In this document: positions 51,845 through 64,000 of the stretch, in pieces
Position numbering within the stretch: position 1 is the first letter of the stretch
Layout of the letters: every line of letters begins with the position of its first letter
Assembly (NCBI RefSeq): GCF_001194135.2
Contig: NC_068983.1
Span: 22,282,618-22,346,617, forward strand
From: Octopus bimaculoides
Taxonomy: Eukaryota
DNA length: 64,000 bases
Direction: 5' to 3'
Translations under genes and position numbers: made by a program
The notes under the pieces: model-generated
What the model saw: the letters and a program-made list of their open reading frames with translations, nothing else
Database searches by the model: none
What the model was told of the DNA's origin: nothing

Positions 51845-52210
51845 TGGTTAAGAGACTCACTTTGCAACCATGTAGTTTTAGGTTCAGTCCCAATGTGCAG
51901 AACTTTGGGCAAGTGCCTTCTACTGCAGACTTGGGTCAACCAATGCTTTGTGTGTGGATTTGGTAAATGGAAAACTGTATAAAAGCCCATCATATGTATG
52001 TATGTGTGCCTTTGTATTCACCCTCATGCCACTGCTCAACATCCAGTGCTGGTTTGCTTACATCCCCATAACTTAGCATTTTGGCCAAAGAGATTGACAG
52101 AATAGGAACCAAAACTTTAAAAATAAGTACTAAGATCGATTCGTTTCACTAAAACCTTCAAAGCAGTGCCCTAACATGGCTGCAGTCCAATGATTGAAAC
52201 AAGTAAAAGA
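51845..52210 (+). mobile_element. SINE family A, diverged
   Basis: GGTTCAGTCCC..GGGCAAGTGCCTTCTAC..GGAAAACTGTATAAAAGCCC..ACATGGCTGCAGTCCAATGATTGAAACAAG. Confidence 0.72.
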
Positions 52211-54104
52211 TACAAGATACATATTCACATATATTACATATACACACATACACATACACACACACATACATACATATATTTTTCATTTTTTTTATCATTT
52301 TATCTAGTTTCAGTTCATGAGCTGTGGCCATGCTGGGGCACCGCCATTATATATATATATATATATATATTACATACACATATCAAAATGAGCATACTGA
52401 TACCTGACCTGCAAGAAATGACAGTCATACCTTTCTCAAATCACACTTGCATTTTAAAAGTGAAAGGGTTCATTAGATAAGGTAGTCCAAGATACATAAT
52501 GCCTGGAAAAATAAACTAATATGTTCACCTGGGGGTGGGGGGACTAAAACAACAACAACAACAACATATGGAAGAGAGACAATCAAACATCAAGAGACAT
52601 CTTGATAACAAGCTGACAATGTGTACTTAACAACCACAATGATTTCTGAACACACACAAACACAGTTATTAAATTACTCATAGCAACTTCCATAATTATC
52701 AAAAACCACGACCAACCCATACTGACGTTCAATGCTGCTACCACCACCAAAACCATCACCACTACTACATCTTTACAATTTGTCACCAAAATTACCACCA
52801 CGACCACCATCACTATTACTACAGCTATAATTACCAAAAACCCCCCACCACACCATCACCCTCCCTGCCCCCACTTTCTACAATAGCATCACCACCACCA
52901 CTGCAACGACCAATCAACAAACCAGCACATGGCCACCACAATAATCATCTCAAACCTAAGACAATGATGAACGAATCATCATCCACCATCACCATAATGG
53001 TATATTATTCCATTCTTCTTGCACACCAGCAGTGCTATCGTGCCAGAGACATCAAAATATCCCCCACACCCTCCTCATCACCACCACATCATCTCATCTA
53101 CCATTAAACTACTCTTTGCCCAACAATTCCAAGCACCAGAATCATAAACTACAATCGCATATAGAATCAAATAGATCTAGCCACAGACCATCAAGACCAT
53201 CACCATCACCACAATAGTTAATCAAAATATTGTAACTCTAAGAATAACCTCATGTGCAACACCAACACCACCTCCAAACTAAGAAGACAGCAAGGGAAGA
53301 AAATGTCAGCTGGTGACCCCCCCCCCACCCCACTCCCTTCCTACAAGTCAAAACAAAGATTACAATCCAGAAATTGGTCTATTTCTTAATTAGTTCATTA
53401 TTAGAAATTTTCAGTAAACCATGCACAGTCACTCGATGTTAATTAGTAATCATCTATCTGCAGCAGATTTAGTTCATATAACAGTAAATGTTAATAGTAT
53501 AATTAACCAATGGTAACTAACTATTCACAATTAATAACTTATTTGTGACAATCATTCAGAATGGCAACTATAGTACATGGGCAGTATTATTAACAATCTA
53601 TAATGGACGCACGCACACACACACATGCAGAGGTTATTGTGTTAATACATTCTTTAATTCATTTTAGTCATTAGACAGCAGCCATGCTGAGGACATTGTT
53701 GCAAATAAATAAATAATCACGTGACCAACCAGGATTTCAGATGTTGTTACACATTGTTGCTCACAATGCACTTTTGCATTGTTTTAACATTCAAATGACA
53801 CCACCCCACTGGCTAGCCAACAATCCCCACAGATCAAAGGGACACTGGAGCAACGTGAAATGGATCTGCCAATCATGAGTGCCACAGCCTAACCACTAGG
53901 CCAGGCACATTCACAAATAACTAATATAAGAAATAAATTATGTTTCTTCTTCTTCTTCTTCTTCTTATTATTATTATTATTATTATTATCATTATTATAA
54001 TTACTATTATTATTATTATTATTATTATTATTTAGTAGTCTTACTTTTATCACATGCTTTCACTGCCCTACCAAGTGCAGCTCTGTGTGCCTTGGGTATG
54101 TGCT

Positions 54105-54440
54105 GTGGCTTGTAGTGATGCTCTTATTTTCATCCGAACGTGGCCAATGCCAGTGTCTCCTGCCTGGCTCCTGTGCCGGTGGCACGTAAAAGGTATTATC
54201 CAAACGTGGACGATGACAGACCTGCCTCGCTGGCTCCTGTGCCAGTGGCACATAAAAAGCACCCACTACACTCTCGGAGTGGTTGACATTAGGAAAGGCA
54301 TCTAGCTGAAGAAACTTGCCAGATCAGATTGGATCTTGGTGTAGCCACTGGCTCTCCAGACTTCAGTCAAACTGTCCAACCCATGCCAGCATGGAAAATG
54401 GATGTTAAACGATGATGATGATGATGATGATGATGATGAA
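54105..54440 (+). mobile_element. RTE-type LINE 3' UTR and (GAT)n tail
   Basis: Modules CCTGTGCCGGTGGCACGTAAAAGG and CCTGTGCCAGTGGCACATAAAAAGCACC, then the tail GGATGTTAAACGATGATGATG. Confidence 0.8.
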
Positions 54441-54830
54441 GATGTGTGTGGTGCCTAGTAGTGCTATTTTCTGTATGTTATATATTGATGTTAGTCCTGG
54501 TGTTTTTGTTATGTATTTGTCTGAATATTTTTTTTATCATATCTAATGTGCCTACTATGATAGAAATTGTTTCTGTTTTTAGACTCTACATTCGAGTTAC
54601 CTCTATTTCCACGTCTTTGTATTTTGACAGTTTCTCCACTTCTTTTAGAGAAACGTTGTCATCTGTTGCTATTGATACGATCAGAAAGTTTTTAAAAAAA
54701 TTTTTTGGTGATCTCTGACAACTATATCTGGCCTGTTGGCCTTAATTTCTCTATGTGTATTGGCATATCCTGTAGGATTGTTGCTTTCTCATTTTCTGTG
54801 ACCTTCTCTGGCATGTGCCTATACCATCAT
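54441..54830 (-). pseudogene. R4/Dong-type non-LTR retrotransposon relic, restriction-like endonuclease region
   Basis: Frameshifted minus translation ..HMPEKVTENEKATIL.DMPIH..IKANRPDIVVRD..IATDDNVSLKEVEKLSKYKDVEIEVTRM*..IIVGTL..IQKIALLGTTHI carries the RPD, KE-EK--KY-DL and ALLGT motifs. Confidence 0.82.
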
Positions 54831-54832
54831 TC

Positions 54833-54873
<41 letters not shown>

Positions 54874-55379
54874 GCTTCTAACTTAAATATAAAGCCAGCA
54901 ATTCTTGAGACAAGAGAGTTAGTTAATGCCATGGACTCCAGTATTTATTTTATCAACTTCCTAAAAGGACGGAAAAGGCAAAGTAAATATTTAAGCAATG
55001 TAAAATAAAAACAAATGAAGGGCACACATCTGAGCCTCACACTGTGAGGGGAGCCTCTACAGCCTGTTGCAAAATAGCAGTAAAACATCCTTTAAAATAA
55101 TAGCCTAGAAAGGACATATTAGATAATATAGACTATAATAACAGCTGTAACGCCTTTGATCATCAGCATGCCTAATCAAAGCTGACCTAGGTTAAACAAC
55201 AATAATGCTACAGTGAAAAGCTGCTCTTCCATGTAACACCCGCATTTCCAAATAATAAAAAGGAAGAAAGGAAGAACGTGCATGATAATCAACACAGCAT
55301 GCCCTGGTGACAACAGGATCAAAGAGAAAGAAAAACTGAACAACTACAATTTAAAATAGGGAAATACAAAGGTTGTAGT

Positions 55380-55545
55380 CAATGAGGAAAGTGAAGAGGA
55401 TACCAATAGTGATTGGCAGACTTGGAAGTGTCAGCATTCAAGTACCAACGGGGCTCAAAAAGATTGGTGTAAGTGTAAAGATAGAACACCAACAAAAATC
55501 AGCATTGCTTGGAACTGCAAGAATTCTTCACAAGGTTCTTGAAGC
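55380..55545 (+). pseudogene. Second R4/Dong-type LINE C-terminal relic
   Basis: RKVKRIPIVIGRLGSV..LKKIGVSVKIEHQQKSALLGTARILHKVL matches the P(V/I)VIG-LG ... QK-ALLGTARILRKVL C-terminus. Confidence 0.75.
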
Positions 55546-55643
55546 ATGGCCAGTAAACAAGTATCACCTTCGTCTGCTGGCTGTGCAAAGCTGACACTTT
55601 CCATCATACCCAGCAAAATAAGCCGAGAATTTTCCGCAAATAA

Positions 55644-56035
55644 TAATCCTTTCTATTATACACACAAGACTGAAATTTTGAGGGGAAGGGGTTAGTCAAT
55701 TTCACAAACCCAGTGCTCAAGTGGTACTTATTTTATCGGCCCCAAAAAGATAAAAAGCAAAGTCGACCTCGGTACAATTTGAACTCAGATCATAAAAACA
55801 AACAAAATGCCACAAAGCATTTTGTCCAGCATGCTAACAATTTTGCCAGCTTGCTGTAGTAGAAGTAGTGATTTCAAATTTTGGCATAAGGCCAGTAATT
55901 TCAAGAGAGGGGTAAGTCGATTAAAGTTGATTACGTCGACCCCAATGTTCAACAGGTACTTATTTTATGGACCCTCAAAAGATGAAAGGCAATGTCGATC
56001 TCAGCAGAATTTGAACTCAAAACGTAATAATGATA
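55644..56035 (-). mobile_element. Two tandem SINE family C copies
   Basis: Two consecutive ..GGTACTTATTTTAT..AAAGTCGACCTC/GTCGATCTC..ATTTGAACTCA.. blocks. Confidence 0.72.
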
Positions 56036-56395
56036 ATATTGGCAGACTGAAACTCTGATGGCACAATGGTATAAAATAATACAGTTTTGCTGCTGCTGTT
56101 TAGCCTCAAGTCAACCCTGGTCACGTGGGCCCATGAGCAATGTTAATCCAACTATGACCATCATGTCTGTTAGTCATCCATAGTGTAGCTTATTGTAACA
56201 AAAACCAACACTATCCAATGTTATCCTTCCTCTTTTGTAAGACAGCAGAGATATTATTTGAGAGATATTTGGCTGCTGTTTCTCATAGATCGAGCTATGC
56301 ATGGGGGGAGGGGGTTCTGCATTTGACGAGAGACAGAGAGTGTATGAGTGCATGCACACAACTGCACATTTGAGACATATTTTAGCAGTAGGATT

Positions 56396-56426
<31 letters not shown>

Positions 56427-56463
56427 AAAAATAATGAACTAAATAAATGAAANNNNNNNNNNG

Positions 56464-56760
56464 GGCTGACCAAAACCTTGTGAGTGAATTTGGTAGACGG
56501 AAACTGAAAGAAGCCCGTCGTATATATGCATATATATGTGTGTGTATGTGTTTGCGTGTCTGTGTTTGTCCCCCAGCATCGCTTGACAACCGATGCTGGT
56601 ATGTTTACGTCCCCGTCACTTAGCGGTTCGGCAAGACAGACCGATAGAATAAGTACTAGGCTTACAAAGAATAAATCCTGGGGTCGATTTGCTCGACTAA
56701 AGGCGGCGCTCCAGCATGGCCGCAGTCAAATGACAAACAAATAAAAGAGTAAAAGAGAGT
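56464..56760 (+). mobile_element. SINE family A, young copy; head lost in gap
   Basis: GACCAAAACCTTGTGAGTGAATTTGGTAGACGGAAACTGAAAGAAGCCCGTCG..CCAGCATGGCCGCAGTCAAATGAC; CpGs largely retained. Confidence 0.85.
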
Positions 56761-57205
56761 AAAGGCTATTCACATAACGTGGATAAGTAAAAGCAAAGTA
56801 ACTGGCACTCACAAAATAAATAGGGGAAGGAGATAGTGCGTGCGTGTGTGTGTACTTTCGAGAGAAACTTGCTCACTTAAAAGTAGCCCAATAGAAAAGC
56901 TAAACAATAGTAAATTGTTTAGGACATATGCATACATACACTGTATCCCTCATACATATACTAAACAAACACACACGCGTGCGCGCAATAAGAACAATAG
57001 AAACCAAACCACATACTGCATATAAAAATAAACCAAAAATACACACAATAGAAAAAAACAAATGTTACACTCAGGCGTGTGTATGCGCGTACACACATAC
57101 ATACACACACACACATTACGTATTTTATTCTTCATTAAGAGTGGAAGGGAAAATAAAGTAAATATCCTTCGAGGTTGAACTCAATACATATCACAAACAC
57201 AGTTC

Positions 57206-57242
<37 letters not shown>

Positions 57243-57621
57243 NNNNNNNNNNNNNNNNNNNNNNNNNNNNNNNNNNNNNNNNNNNNNNNNNNNNNNNNNN
57301 NNNNNNNNNNNNNNNNNNNNNNNNNNNNNNNNNNNNNNNNNNNNNNNNNNNNNNNNNNNNNNNNNNNNNNNNNNNNNNNNNNNNNNNNNNNNNNNNNNNN
57401 NNNNNNNNNNNNNNNNNNNNNNNNNNNNNNNNNNNNNNNNNNNNNNNNNNNNNNNNNNNNNNNNNNNNNNNNNNNNNNNNNNNNNNNNNNNNNNNNNNNN
57501 NNNNNNNNNNNNNNNNNNNNNNNNNNNNNNNNNNNNNNNNNNNNNNNNNNNNNNNNNNNNNNNNNNNNNNNNNNNNNNNNNNNNNNNNNNNNNNNNNNNN
57601 NNNNNNNNNNNNNNNNNNNNN

Positions 57622-57653
<32 letters not shown>

Positions 57654-57678
57654 CATATATGAAAAGTAAATATATATA

Positions 57679-58068
57679 AGCACAGCAGTGGCTGCGTGGT
57701 AGGTAGCTTGCTTAACAACCACATGGTTCTGAGTTCAATCCCACTAAGTAGCACCTTGGCCAAATGTCTTCTGCAAGAGCCTCGGGACAACTAAAGCCTT
57801 GTGAGTGGATTTGGTAGATCCGTCGTGCATATATGTATATGTGTGTGTGTGTTTGTGTATGTGTGTTTGTACCCCCACCCTCGCAATATCGCTTGCCAAC
57901 CGATGCTGGAGCGTTTGCGTCCCCGTACATTGGCAGGTCCGGCGAAAGAGACCGATAGAATAAGTACTAGACTTACAAAGAATAAGTCCTGGGGGTCGAT
58001 TTGCTCGACTAAAGGCGATGCTCCAGCATGGCCGCAGTCGAATGGCTGAAACAAGTAAAAAGAAAAGA
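57679..58068 (+). mobile_element. Full-length SINE family A
   Basis: Head GTGGCTGCGTGGTAGG..GAGTTCAATCCC, core with a short deletion, tail CCAGCATGGCCGCAGTCGAATGGCTGAAACAAGTAAAAAG. Confidence 0.82.
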
Positions 58069-58523
58069 ATACCTACTGCTTCTAACGCATGCATACAGTC
58101 AAGTAAAATTTAATGGCACATAGAAAAAAAAAGACATATGATTCAAGGTTGCTGCCAAAGCAGCCTAAACATTCTATCACAAGGACCATCAATATGACCT
58201 AGTAAAATAGAGACTAGTGAGATTACCATGGCAACCACACAATCAAGTACCAAAAGAAGTGGCAGTGAGGGTGGTGGTGGTGGTGGTGGCAGTGAGGGTG
58301 GTGGTGGTGGTGGCGGTGGCGTGAGTAGGAAGCAGAGGAAGGGTGACGACTGTCTGTGTAAGATGACTACTTGGTATTTTAAACTGAAAGTGTGTGCGGT
58401 GGTGGTGGCGGTGGGGCAGGAGAGGGAGAAAGAGCACAGCAGGAAGGGGAGAGAATTATTGAGAACAAAACAATGAGTTACTAGAGTGAGAAAGATTTGA
58501 ATATCAGGACAAAATGTACATCA

Positions 58524-58568
<45 letters not shown>

Positions 58569-59682
58569 ATAGATAACAGCAAACATACACATAAGTATAT
58601 ACCAACGACGTGCATATATTATTTAACAAACACATGTGTGTGTATACATATATGTATTTATATATATATATATATATAGATAGATAGATAGATAGATACA
58701 CGTGTACTTGCACACATGTATACATATGCAACACACATACGAATATTTTACACATAGTACAAACACATACACTGCACACACACACATAGACACATGTATA
58801 TACGTATAGTGCGTACACACACACGCGCATACATCTGCACGCGCACAGAGTCGCAAGCACAGATATAACTCGTAGACAGGCCAGTGAGGGAGTCTTCACT
58901 AAGTAAGTAGTTCGACCTACTAAAATTAGCAGCCAAATCTTCCTCAGATTATACGCTACCTTCTACAAAAAAAAAGATATATTTAGTCCTAGATATTTCT
59001 GAAAGGAAGTGAGTGGAACATCTTTGATCGAGGATTTACTCAATAAGGACTGCCCTGAGCTAAATGACAACATACAACACTGTTACGTATATATGTATAT
59101 GTATGGAGGTGTGTGCATGCATGTAAAAACTGTACAGAGATGCATGTGTGCGTATATATTAAATAATGTATGTAGAAATGTGTCTGTTTAAATGTGTGGG
59201 TAAATATTAACCAATGTGTGTGTGTGTGTGATTAAAAACCATGCAGATACGTCTGTCTAAAAAATGTACGTAGTTATGCGTGTGTGTAGAAAATGTATGT
59301 AGATGTGTGTGTGTGTGGAATATGTAGGTATGTAGATATGCGTATGTGCTGATTGTATCTAGAATTGTGAACAGATAAAAAACAACAACAAAGCAATTAA
59401 AGATGCCTACGTGTGTGTATTACAAACACACACACACACAGTCTACACAGGTTTGTGAGTTAACAGGTGTGAGGGCAAAGGGTGAGCGTGATCACAAGTA
59501 CATGATTATGGCCGTAATTGCATTAATGTGATTTAAGTACACAAGTACCTGTATTACTGACCACAAATACACTTTTACCAGCCTACATGCTTATATATAT
59601 TTACGATGTACACAGGAAATTTTAAACTGTTCCATGTAAATAAGAACAATTTTTGCTACATAAGCTCAAAGCTTAGAGGCGC

Positions 59683-60190
59683 AGGCATGGCTAAGCAGTT
59701 AGAATTTTGCTTCCCGACCGCGTGGTCTTGAGTTCAATCCCACCATGTGACACCTTGAGTAAGTGTCTTCTACTATAGACTCGGGCCGACCAAAGCCTGG
59801 TGAGTTGATTTGATAGACGGAAACTGAAAGAAGCCTGACATATATATACACATATATTCATGTATTATTGCATGTGTACATGTGTGTGTATACATGTATA
59901 CAAACACGTGTGTGTGTGTGTATGTGTCTGTTTATGTATGTTTTATTGTATCCCAGCCTTGACTTCATGTGATAGTTGTAAACAAATGTCACCGTCATGA
60001 GAGTGAGGTCCTTCATTCCCAATCTTCTATCATTGGGAATACTACTTTACTCGGAAACAGGTGAAGGTTGGTGACACGAAGGGCATCCGGCTGTAAAGAG
60101 ATCTGCCTTGACTAATTCCTTCCGAATCATGCAAGCTTGGGAAAGTGGACATTAGATGATGACGTTGATAATGATGATGATGATGACGAT
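59683..60190 (+). mobile_element. Full-length SINE family B (family-A head/core plus RTE-like GAT tail)
   Basis: Head GCAGGCATGGCTAAGCAG..GAGTTCAATCCC, core GACGGAAACTGAAAGAAGCC, tail GAAGGGCATCCGGCTGT..GGACATTAGATGATGAC. Confidence 0.75.
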
Positions 60191-60615
60191 AATGGCCTAT
60201 ATTGGAATTGATCAGTCAGTACATGACAGCTACTTACTTCACCTACAAATCTACCAGGACCCAGGAAAGGAAAGGTAAGGTCAACGGTGAAATCTAGATC
60301 TGAATTCAGAATATAAAAGGGGATAGAACTAAATACTGCAAGGTATTTAGTGAGGGGCACGCTGTGTAGTTTTTTTTTAATCAGTGGGGTCAGTTTCACG
60401 AACAGCTTATGCGTACATTATTTACAAATGCTACATCTAAGTGCAGCCAACATTGCATGCGCATGTGGAGAGGGAGGAGGAGAGAGGGGGCAGACAGACA
60501 GGTAGACACAGACCTAGTTATCGACTGCTCAATGGAATAAGAAAATAGTGGGTGGGTGTACAATATTTTAATTTTTAATTGGCAAAAAGCTACTGCCAAT
60601 TAAAAAATAGTATAC

Positions 60616-60794
60616 AGGTGCAGGAGTGGCTGTGTGCTAAATAGCTTGCTTACCAACCACATGGTTCCGAGTTCAGTCCCACTGCGTGGTACATCGGGCG
60701 AGTGTCTTCTACTATAGCCTCGGGCCGACCAAAAGCTTTGTGAGTGGATTTGGTAGATGGAAACTGAAAGAAGCCCGTCGCATATATGTGTATG

Positions 60795-60827
<33 letters not shown>

Positions 60828-60936
60828 ATATGTTTGTGTGTCTGCGTTTGTCCCCCCCCAACATCGCTTGACAACCGATTTGCTCAACTAAAGGCTGTGC
60901 TCCAGCATGACCACAGTCAAATGAATGAAACAAGTT
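60616..60936 (+). mobile_element. SINE family A with internal deletion
   Basis: Head, core and tail are present; the segment between GACAACCGAT and TTGCTCAACTAAAGG seen in other copies is missing. Confidence 0.82.
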
Positions 60937-62731
60937 AGAACAGTATAACAGACAGTAAACTCCTGTATAAGAGTTCTAGTTCTCCTGTTTGTTCAAAAAC
61001 ACACACAAACACGCAATTATGTTCTCAGTCAGAACTTTCCCATCATGAGCTTTCAGTAGTTCATTCAAGTGAGCTACCAAGTTCATTGAATATGCATACA
61101 TACACATGGAACGAGCGAGCAAGATTTGGTCCTCTGACCTGTTTAAGAGAACAGTAAAAACTGACTTGGATTATGACATTTCCATGGTAGCATGAACAGG
61201 AGATGTAAAAAAAATTAATGATGATAATGTAGGTGGTGGTTGGTGGTTTATGTAAGTGCCAAAAAAGCTTCCAAAGAATTTGTACAGCAATAAAAGATGT
61301 GAGATATAACAACAGTTATGCCCATCCCACATTAATTTCCAATACATATCACCACTCACCATTAACTAAATATTAAAAAAAAAACCTGTATATTCACAAC
61401 CAGCCCCAAGCATTTTGTTGTACCTCAAGGTAGAAATCATTTAATTACCTCAATCAAGTTTTATTAACATCATGGCTATTTGCTTAGATTATAGATACTA
61501 CACTTATTTTTAATTAGACTCTTTGATTACTTCGACTAGTTGAGTGCATGAGGCAGGAGTTTGAGATAGTATAGCTAACTCCTTCCTTGAAATAGGCTAG
61601 AATCCTACCCTGAGGGGAAGATTTCATCTTATCTCTTTAAGTGGGGTCAGGAAACAATATTTTACAGAAGTGGTTCACAATCTTTTTTTTAGCTAAGGAC
61701 TCCCTTGATTGCTATTTTACTTGGTGGACCCCCATAGCTATTCAATGATTCAAAACTAGCTTTAAAGATACTTCTTTCGAAATTCTTATTTTGTTTTCCA
61801 CACATTAATTTATGTAGGTTGAGCTATGTAAAACATTAGAGAAAGAAATCTTGTTTGTAGCAAAATAATTACACCAGAATCAAAGTTTTTCATGGATACT
61901 TAATATAGGATTGTAGGTCTCCTATTTACTATTTGGTTTGCCATGGACCCCCCAAGAATCTTATATAGACCCCGGTTAAAATACACCGCTTTACAGTGAC
62001 AGGATTAATTATCTTCATTATACATCAACTTTTTGCATGCAAGCACGGGTCAAACAAGTCTTTGCTAACACCACGCCATGCCATATATTGGAAATGTTTG
62101 TCATCTCAGTCATAAGGTTTAGTTTTTTGTGGATCAGCTTACATCACTTCTTCAGTCTTCCTTCTCAGCATGATCCTCCACTTGGATTAGTATTACCTAA
62201 ACAGCTCTTTTCCACACTATTAACAAAGTGTGAAACACACATCTTTTACTTCTTTCAGTTACTGGACTGTGGGCATACTGGGACACTGGCTTCAAAGGGT
62301 TTTAGTTGAACAAATTGACCCCAGTGCCAATGTTTCCCTTTTTTTCTTCTTAAGTCTGGTACATATTCTATCAGTCTCTTTTGCTAAACCACTAAGTAAC
62401 AAGAATGTAAACAAACACCAGTTGCCAAGTGGTGGGGCACAAGTGACAAACACACACACAATGGGCTTCCACACAATTTCCACCGACCAAATTCACTCAC
62501 AAAGTAGGTATTGATTGGCCGAGAAGAGATACCTACCTAGAATGCTATGCAGTAGGACTGAACCTGAAATCGACTGCTCTCAAAGCAAGCTTCTTAACCA
62601 CAGCTGTACGTACACCTAAATATACACTGAGGCTGCATATGAATGCAATGTATACAACAACCATGTCATTATGCAAAGATTACCGGAGAAAACAGAGATA
62701 TGTAATTAATGCACACACTCCTAACAATGGT

Positions 62732-62768
<37 letters not shown>

Positions 62769-62774
<6 letters not shown>

Positions 62775-62974
62775 GAAGTATATTGTCACTTAACTGTGGC
62801 TGACCCCTAGGGGTGGATGTTACTGTTGCTTTTAGCCCCAGGAGGACATCTCCTCCATGGGGCTAAAAGCAACAGTAACATCCANNNNNNNNNNNNNNNN
62901 NNNNNNNNNNNNNNNNNNNNNNNNNNNNNNNNNNNNNNNNNNNNNNCATTTAAGTGGCAATATACTTCACTTTA
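62769..62974. mobile_element. Fold-back (hairpin) element spanning a small gap
   Basis: Perfect 27-bp inverted repeat 62814-62840 / 62858-62884 around GGAGGA-CATC-TCCTCC. Outer arms TAAAGTGAAGTATATTGTCACTTAACTG and CATTTAAGTGGCAATATACTTCACTTTA match at 26/28. Confidence 0.65.
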
Positions 62975-63256
62975 TCGTGCAGTTACTGTTAATACCTCAT
63001 TTAGAGAATTAACATTGCTTATATATATATATATATATATATACAAGAATAAGGGCAGGGAATCGTCAATTAATAATAGAATTAACAATTAACAATTTTG
63101 CCAAGTAGTTCAGTATGAAAAAACCTTGTGTGCCATAAATATCGCCATCCATTTAGAGAAAAATTTGTAGTTTAGAATCAGTAGTTCTTTGACTGCTATT
63201 TCTAAATTTTCAGTATGTTGGACAAGCAACTCAATGCTAATCCCTGTATATTTATG

Positions 63257-63291
<35 letters not shown>

Positions 63292-63681
63292 CATGTGTGT
63301 ATGTGATGTACAAGATTCCAATTAACATGTAAAGCTACCACAAAATGGATAATCAATGACATGAGGAGTGTAAGCGTGAATACCCGGGACAATGGATGAT
63401 GATACACAGATGGTGTGCAAACACCCATGTCATGCTCAATAGACCTGGCAAACTACGTGGCTTTTTGCTTAAAACTCCTCACCTCAACACTTCCGTACAT
63501 GGGCAACAATAAATTCATCTCTCTCTCTCTCTCTCTCTGTAAGTATACACACACATGCACACATATATATATATAGACACACATATACATATATACACAC
63601 AAATATACACAAATATACATATACACACACACATATACATACACACACATATATACATATACACATACATATATAGACACA

Positions 63682-64000
63682 CATCATCATCATCATCATC
63701 GTTTAACGTCCGCTTTCCATGCTAGCATGGGTTGGACGATTTGACGGAGGACTGGTGAAACCGGATGGCAACACCAGGCTCCAGTCTAATTTGGCAGAGT
63801 TTCTACAGCTGGATGCCCTTCCTAACGCCAACCACTCAGAGAGTGTAGTGGGTGCTTTTACGTGTCACCCGCACGAAAACGGCCACGCTCGAAATGGTGT
63901 CTTTTATGTGCCACCCGCACAAGCCAGTCCAGGGGCACTGGCAACGATCTCGCTCGAAAATCCTACAGGGGCCAGTCAGGCGGTACTGGCAACGGCCACG
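63682..64000 (-). mobile_element. Young RTE-type LINE 3' end, running off the window
   Basis: Almost identical by eye to the reverse complement of 11879-12175; only a few substitutions seen over about 290 nt. Confidence 0.88.

Noticed and set aside
60410-60600. Unique purine-rich island with TGCATGCGCATG (NRF1-like) as a possible promoter
   Set aside because: A single partial motif in a genome full of TGCA/CATG microsatellite-like sequence; there is no independent support.

Overview
This is AT-rich, repeat-dense animal genomic DNA from a draft assembly with about 5 kb of N gaps, mostly at microsatellites. The SINE, LINE and microsatellite landscape best fits an octopus (coleoid cephalopod) genome; that is an inference, not a database result. 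The only host protein-coding sequence I can support is one minus-strand exon of a FoxN2/3 (FOXN3/CHES1-like) forkhead gene at 24414-25039, with a clear AG acceptor and a phase-0 GT donor. It encodes the N-terminus and most of the forkhead domain. I could not find the next coding exon (expected ..GKGSLW..) or securely place the upstream exon, so most of the window is probably FoxN2/3 intron or flank. The rest is transposon-derived: three tRNA-derived SINE families, an RTE-type LINE (RT fragment plus many (GAT)n-tailed 3' ends), R4/Dong-type LINE relics, mariner relics, and pogo/Tigger-, Tc2-, hAT- and piggyBac-like MITEs, several of them nested. The most interesting observation is a minimal type I hammerhead-ribozyme fold with a palindromic loop 3 (Penelope-element type) at 29195-29243. 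It lies on the same strand as FoxN2/3, about 4.2 kb upstream of the coding exon. Also notable are an overlapping uORF at the FoxN2/3 start and an in-frame cryptic acceptor supplied by an antisense SINE 93 nt after the forkhead donor. Nearly all other ORFs in the supplied track are microsatellite or N-gap artefacts.
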